A stretch of 26,931 nucleotides of DNA from a virus. Taxonomy: Duplodnaviria; Caudoviricetes. This document shows, piece after piece, positions 25,101 through 26,931 of this stretch. The translations under genes and the position numbers were made by a program. The notes beneath the pieces were generated by a model. The model was given only the letters and a program-made list of their open reading frames with translations. It was not told where the DNA came from and did no database searches. The stretch lies in IMG/VR virus record IMGVR_UViG_3300011338_000286, positions 1 through 26,931 of that record; one strand, written 5' to 3'. Every line of letters begins with the position of its first letter. The first letter of the stretch is position 1.

Positions 25101-25195
25101 TGTGCGCTAAATGCGGATGCAAGTGCAAGGCTGGTAAACCACAAAAAGGATGCAAGTGCAGTTGTGCAACTTGCAAGAACGCGAGGAAAAAATAA
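25100..25195 (+). CDS. 31-aa metallothionein-like peptide MCAKCGCKCKAGKPQKGCKCSCATCKNARKK; not in ORF track
   Basis: TAATG-coupled at both ends; 8 Cys in CxxCxCxC and CxCxCxxC clusters. Confidence 0.75.
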   Translation: MCAKCGCKCKAGKPQKGCKCSCATCKNARKK

Positions 25196-25332
25196 TGTCA
25201 GTTAAAGGCGAGAAGTACTCATCAATGGCAGCAAAGAAGAAGCACGAGAAAACCGAATCAGCAGCAATGCGTAAGAAGGAATACGGTCCAAAGGCTAAGA
25301 TGGTTGCTAAGAAGATGGGCAAGAAGAAGTAA
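25195..25332 (+). CDS. 45-aa Lys-rich peptide (MSVKGEKYSSMAAKKKHEK...)
   Basis: TAATG coupling fixes the start at 25195. Confidence 0.75.
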   Translation: MSVKGEKYSSMAAKKKHEKTESAAMRKKEYGPKAKMVAKKMGKKK

Positions 25333-25487
25333 TGAACAAGAAGCCAGCTAAGGTCAAGAAAGTAATGAAGGAGTTCAAGTCAGGAACTCTTCACTCTGGA
25401 TCCAAAAAGGGTCCAGTAGTTAAGTCTAAGAAGCAGGCTATTGCTATCGCACTTAGCGAAGCAGGTATGTCAAAGAAGAAGAAGTAA
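25332..25487 (+). CDS. 51-aa Lys-rich protein, DUF6496-like; not in ORF track
   Basis: KVKKVMKEFKSGTLHSG...KQAIAIALSEAG. Confidence 0.8.
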   Translation: MNKKPAKVKKVMKEFKSGTLHSGSKKGPVVKSKKQAIAIALSEAGMSKKKK

Positions 25488-25750
25488 TGGCTAAGACTCC
25501 AGCGTGGCAACGCAAAGAAGGTAAGAACCCTGAAGGCGGTCTTAACGCTAAGGGTCGTGCATCAGCAAAGGCACAAGGTAGCAATCTAAAACCGCCTGTC
25601 TCTGCAAAGCAAGCCAAGGCGTCTCCAAAGGCAGCAGCAAGGCGCAAATCATTTTGCGCTAGATCTGCCGGACAAGCCAAAATGTTTCCTAGTGCTGCAA
25701 AAGATCCTAATAGTAGATTAAACAAAGCACGCAGAAAATGGGATTGCTAA
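25487..25750 (+). CDS. Basic protein, DUF6321-like
   Basis: GKNPEGGLNAKGR...RRKSFCAR...KDPNSRLNKARRKWDC. Confidence 0.8.
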   Translation: MAKTPAWQRKEGKNPEGGLNAKGRASAKAQGSNLKPPVSAKQAKASPKAAARRKSFCARSAGQAKMFPSAAKDPNSRLNKARRKWDC

Positions 25751-25911
25751 TGAAAAAGAAAGCATTTTGGGAACAAGAGAACCCAAAGAAGAAGTCAACT
25801 AAATTAACGCCTGCACAGAAAACTGCTGCTAAGGCAAAAGCCAAAGCAGTCGGACGACCATATCCGAACCTAGTAGATAACGCAGCAGTAGCTCGCAAAA
25901 AGAAGAAGTGA
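25750..25911 (+). CDS. 53-aa Lys/Ala-rich protein (…AKAKAKAVGRPYPNLVDN…); not in ORF track
   Basis: TAATG coupling; ends 9 nt before the next gene. Confidence 0.8.
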   Translation: MKKKAFWEQENPKKKSTKLTPAQKTAAKAKAKAVGRPYPNLVDNAAVARKKKK

Positions 25912-25920
25912 GGTAAGTAA

Positions 25921-26211
25921 GTGCCAACAGGTAATCCAAATTCAAGTCTCGTGGCAGAATTAAACAGGCTCGCCAATGGTGGCACTTACCCCGCAATCAC
26001 TGCATATCTTGATGAAGCAGGTGCTGCTCGTAAGTGGGCTGCAGCACGTGGCGTAACCCTTTATCACACAGACACAGTAGGAGTACTAAATGACATTGCG
26101 GGTATCCCGGATGGGGCGAAGGCTCGTCTTGATTACAACGGTATATGCAATCGTCTCGCTGGTACTACTGGCCTCACTGCAAACGCTGCTCTCCAAAGGC
26201 TCACATCTTGA
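25921..26211 (+). CDS. Hypothetical virion-region protein, 96 aa
   Basis: GAGGT RBS before GTG; internal LNRLA / LNDIA / CNRLA repeats. Confidence 0.7.
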   Translation: MPTGNPNSSLVAELNRLANGGTYPAITAYLDEAGAARKWAAARGVTLYHTDTVGVLNDIAGIPDGAKARLDYNGICNRLAGTTGLTANAALQRLTS

Positions 26212-26542
26212 GTGCGAAATATAATCTAGTCTGCGATCAAGCAACTACCTTTACATTCCAGTTCGTCATCCAAGATGACTCAACTCCTTGGAACCTAAAC
26301 GGTTACACCGCTACTATGACTGTAAGACCGTTTAGCAACTCTACAAGTACAACACTTCTTGCGACAACTGCCAATGGCAAGATTGTTCTTGATGGAAATA
26401 ATGGTCGAGTAACAGTTAACTTCTCCGCAACTGATACCAACCTAACACCAAACCGTTATGTCTATGACCTGGTACTTACATCAGGTGTGACAGTAACAAG
26501 AATTTTAGAAGGTAAATTTATCGTGACTCCTGGGGTGACTGT

Positions 26543-26546
<4 letters not shown>
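26208..26546 (+). CDS. Beta-rich (Ig/BppU-like) virion structural protein
   Basis: TTGA overlap start; [12 protein letters not shown]...YVYDLVL...[14 protein letters not shown]. Confidence 0.65.

Positions 26547-26931
<385 letters not shown>

Overview
The window is a 26.9-kb piece of a tailed dsDNA phage genome, most likely a podovirus-like actinophage. The host is inferred to be a low-GC actinobacterium such as freshwater acI, based on whiB, an actinobacterial-type transglycosylase and GAAAGG ribosome-binding sites. Layout: (1) 48-5361 (+) is a replication/regulation operon with WhiB, DnaB-like helicase, Holliday-junction resolvase, split primase, DUF1599-like protein, sigma-like factor, PD-(D/E)xK nuclease, FmdB-type Zn ribbon and SAM methyltransferase. 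(2) 5419-10545 (-) is a probable early operon of small genes, with a two-domain beta-clamp homolog, a transglycosylase and a fragmented C5 DNA methyltransferase. (3) 10546-11389 is a divergent non-coding control region. (4) 11390-end (+) holds the virion genes: HTH-fused TerL, portal, three large probable internal virion proteins, scaffold, major capsid, a train of Lys-rich micro-ORFs and a collagen-like fibre. The most notable observations are four. The C5 methyltransferase is built from four overlapping pieces, including a nested +1-frame ORF and a G7 tract whose one-base slip would join two pieces. No CATG was found anywhere in the window, and CAGC/GCTG and GAAC/GTTC are locally absent from the early region. 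An unannotated 31-aa, 8-Cys metallothionein-like ORF lies among the late genes. A perfect CRP/GlxR box and a structured leader precede the terminase. Everything was read by eye, so family names come from motif recognition rather than database searches.
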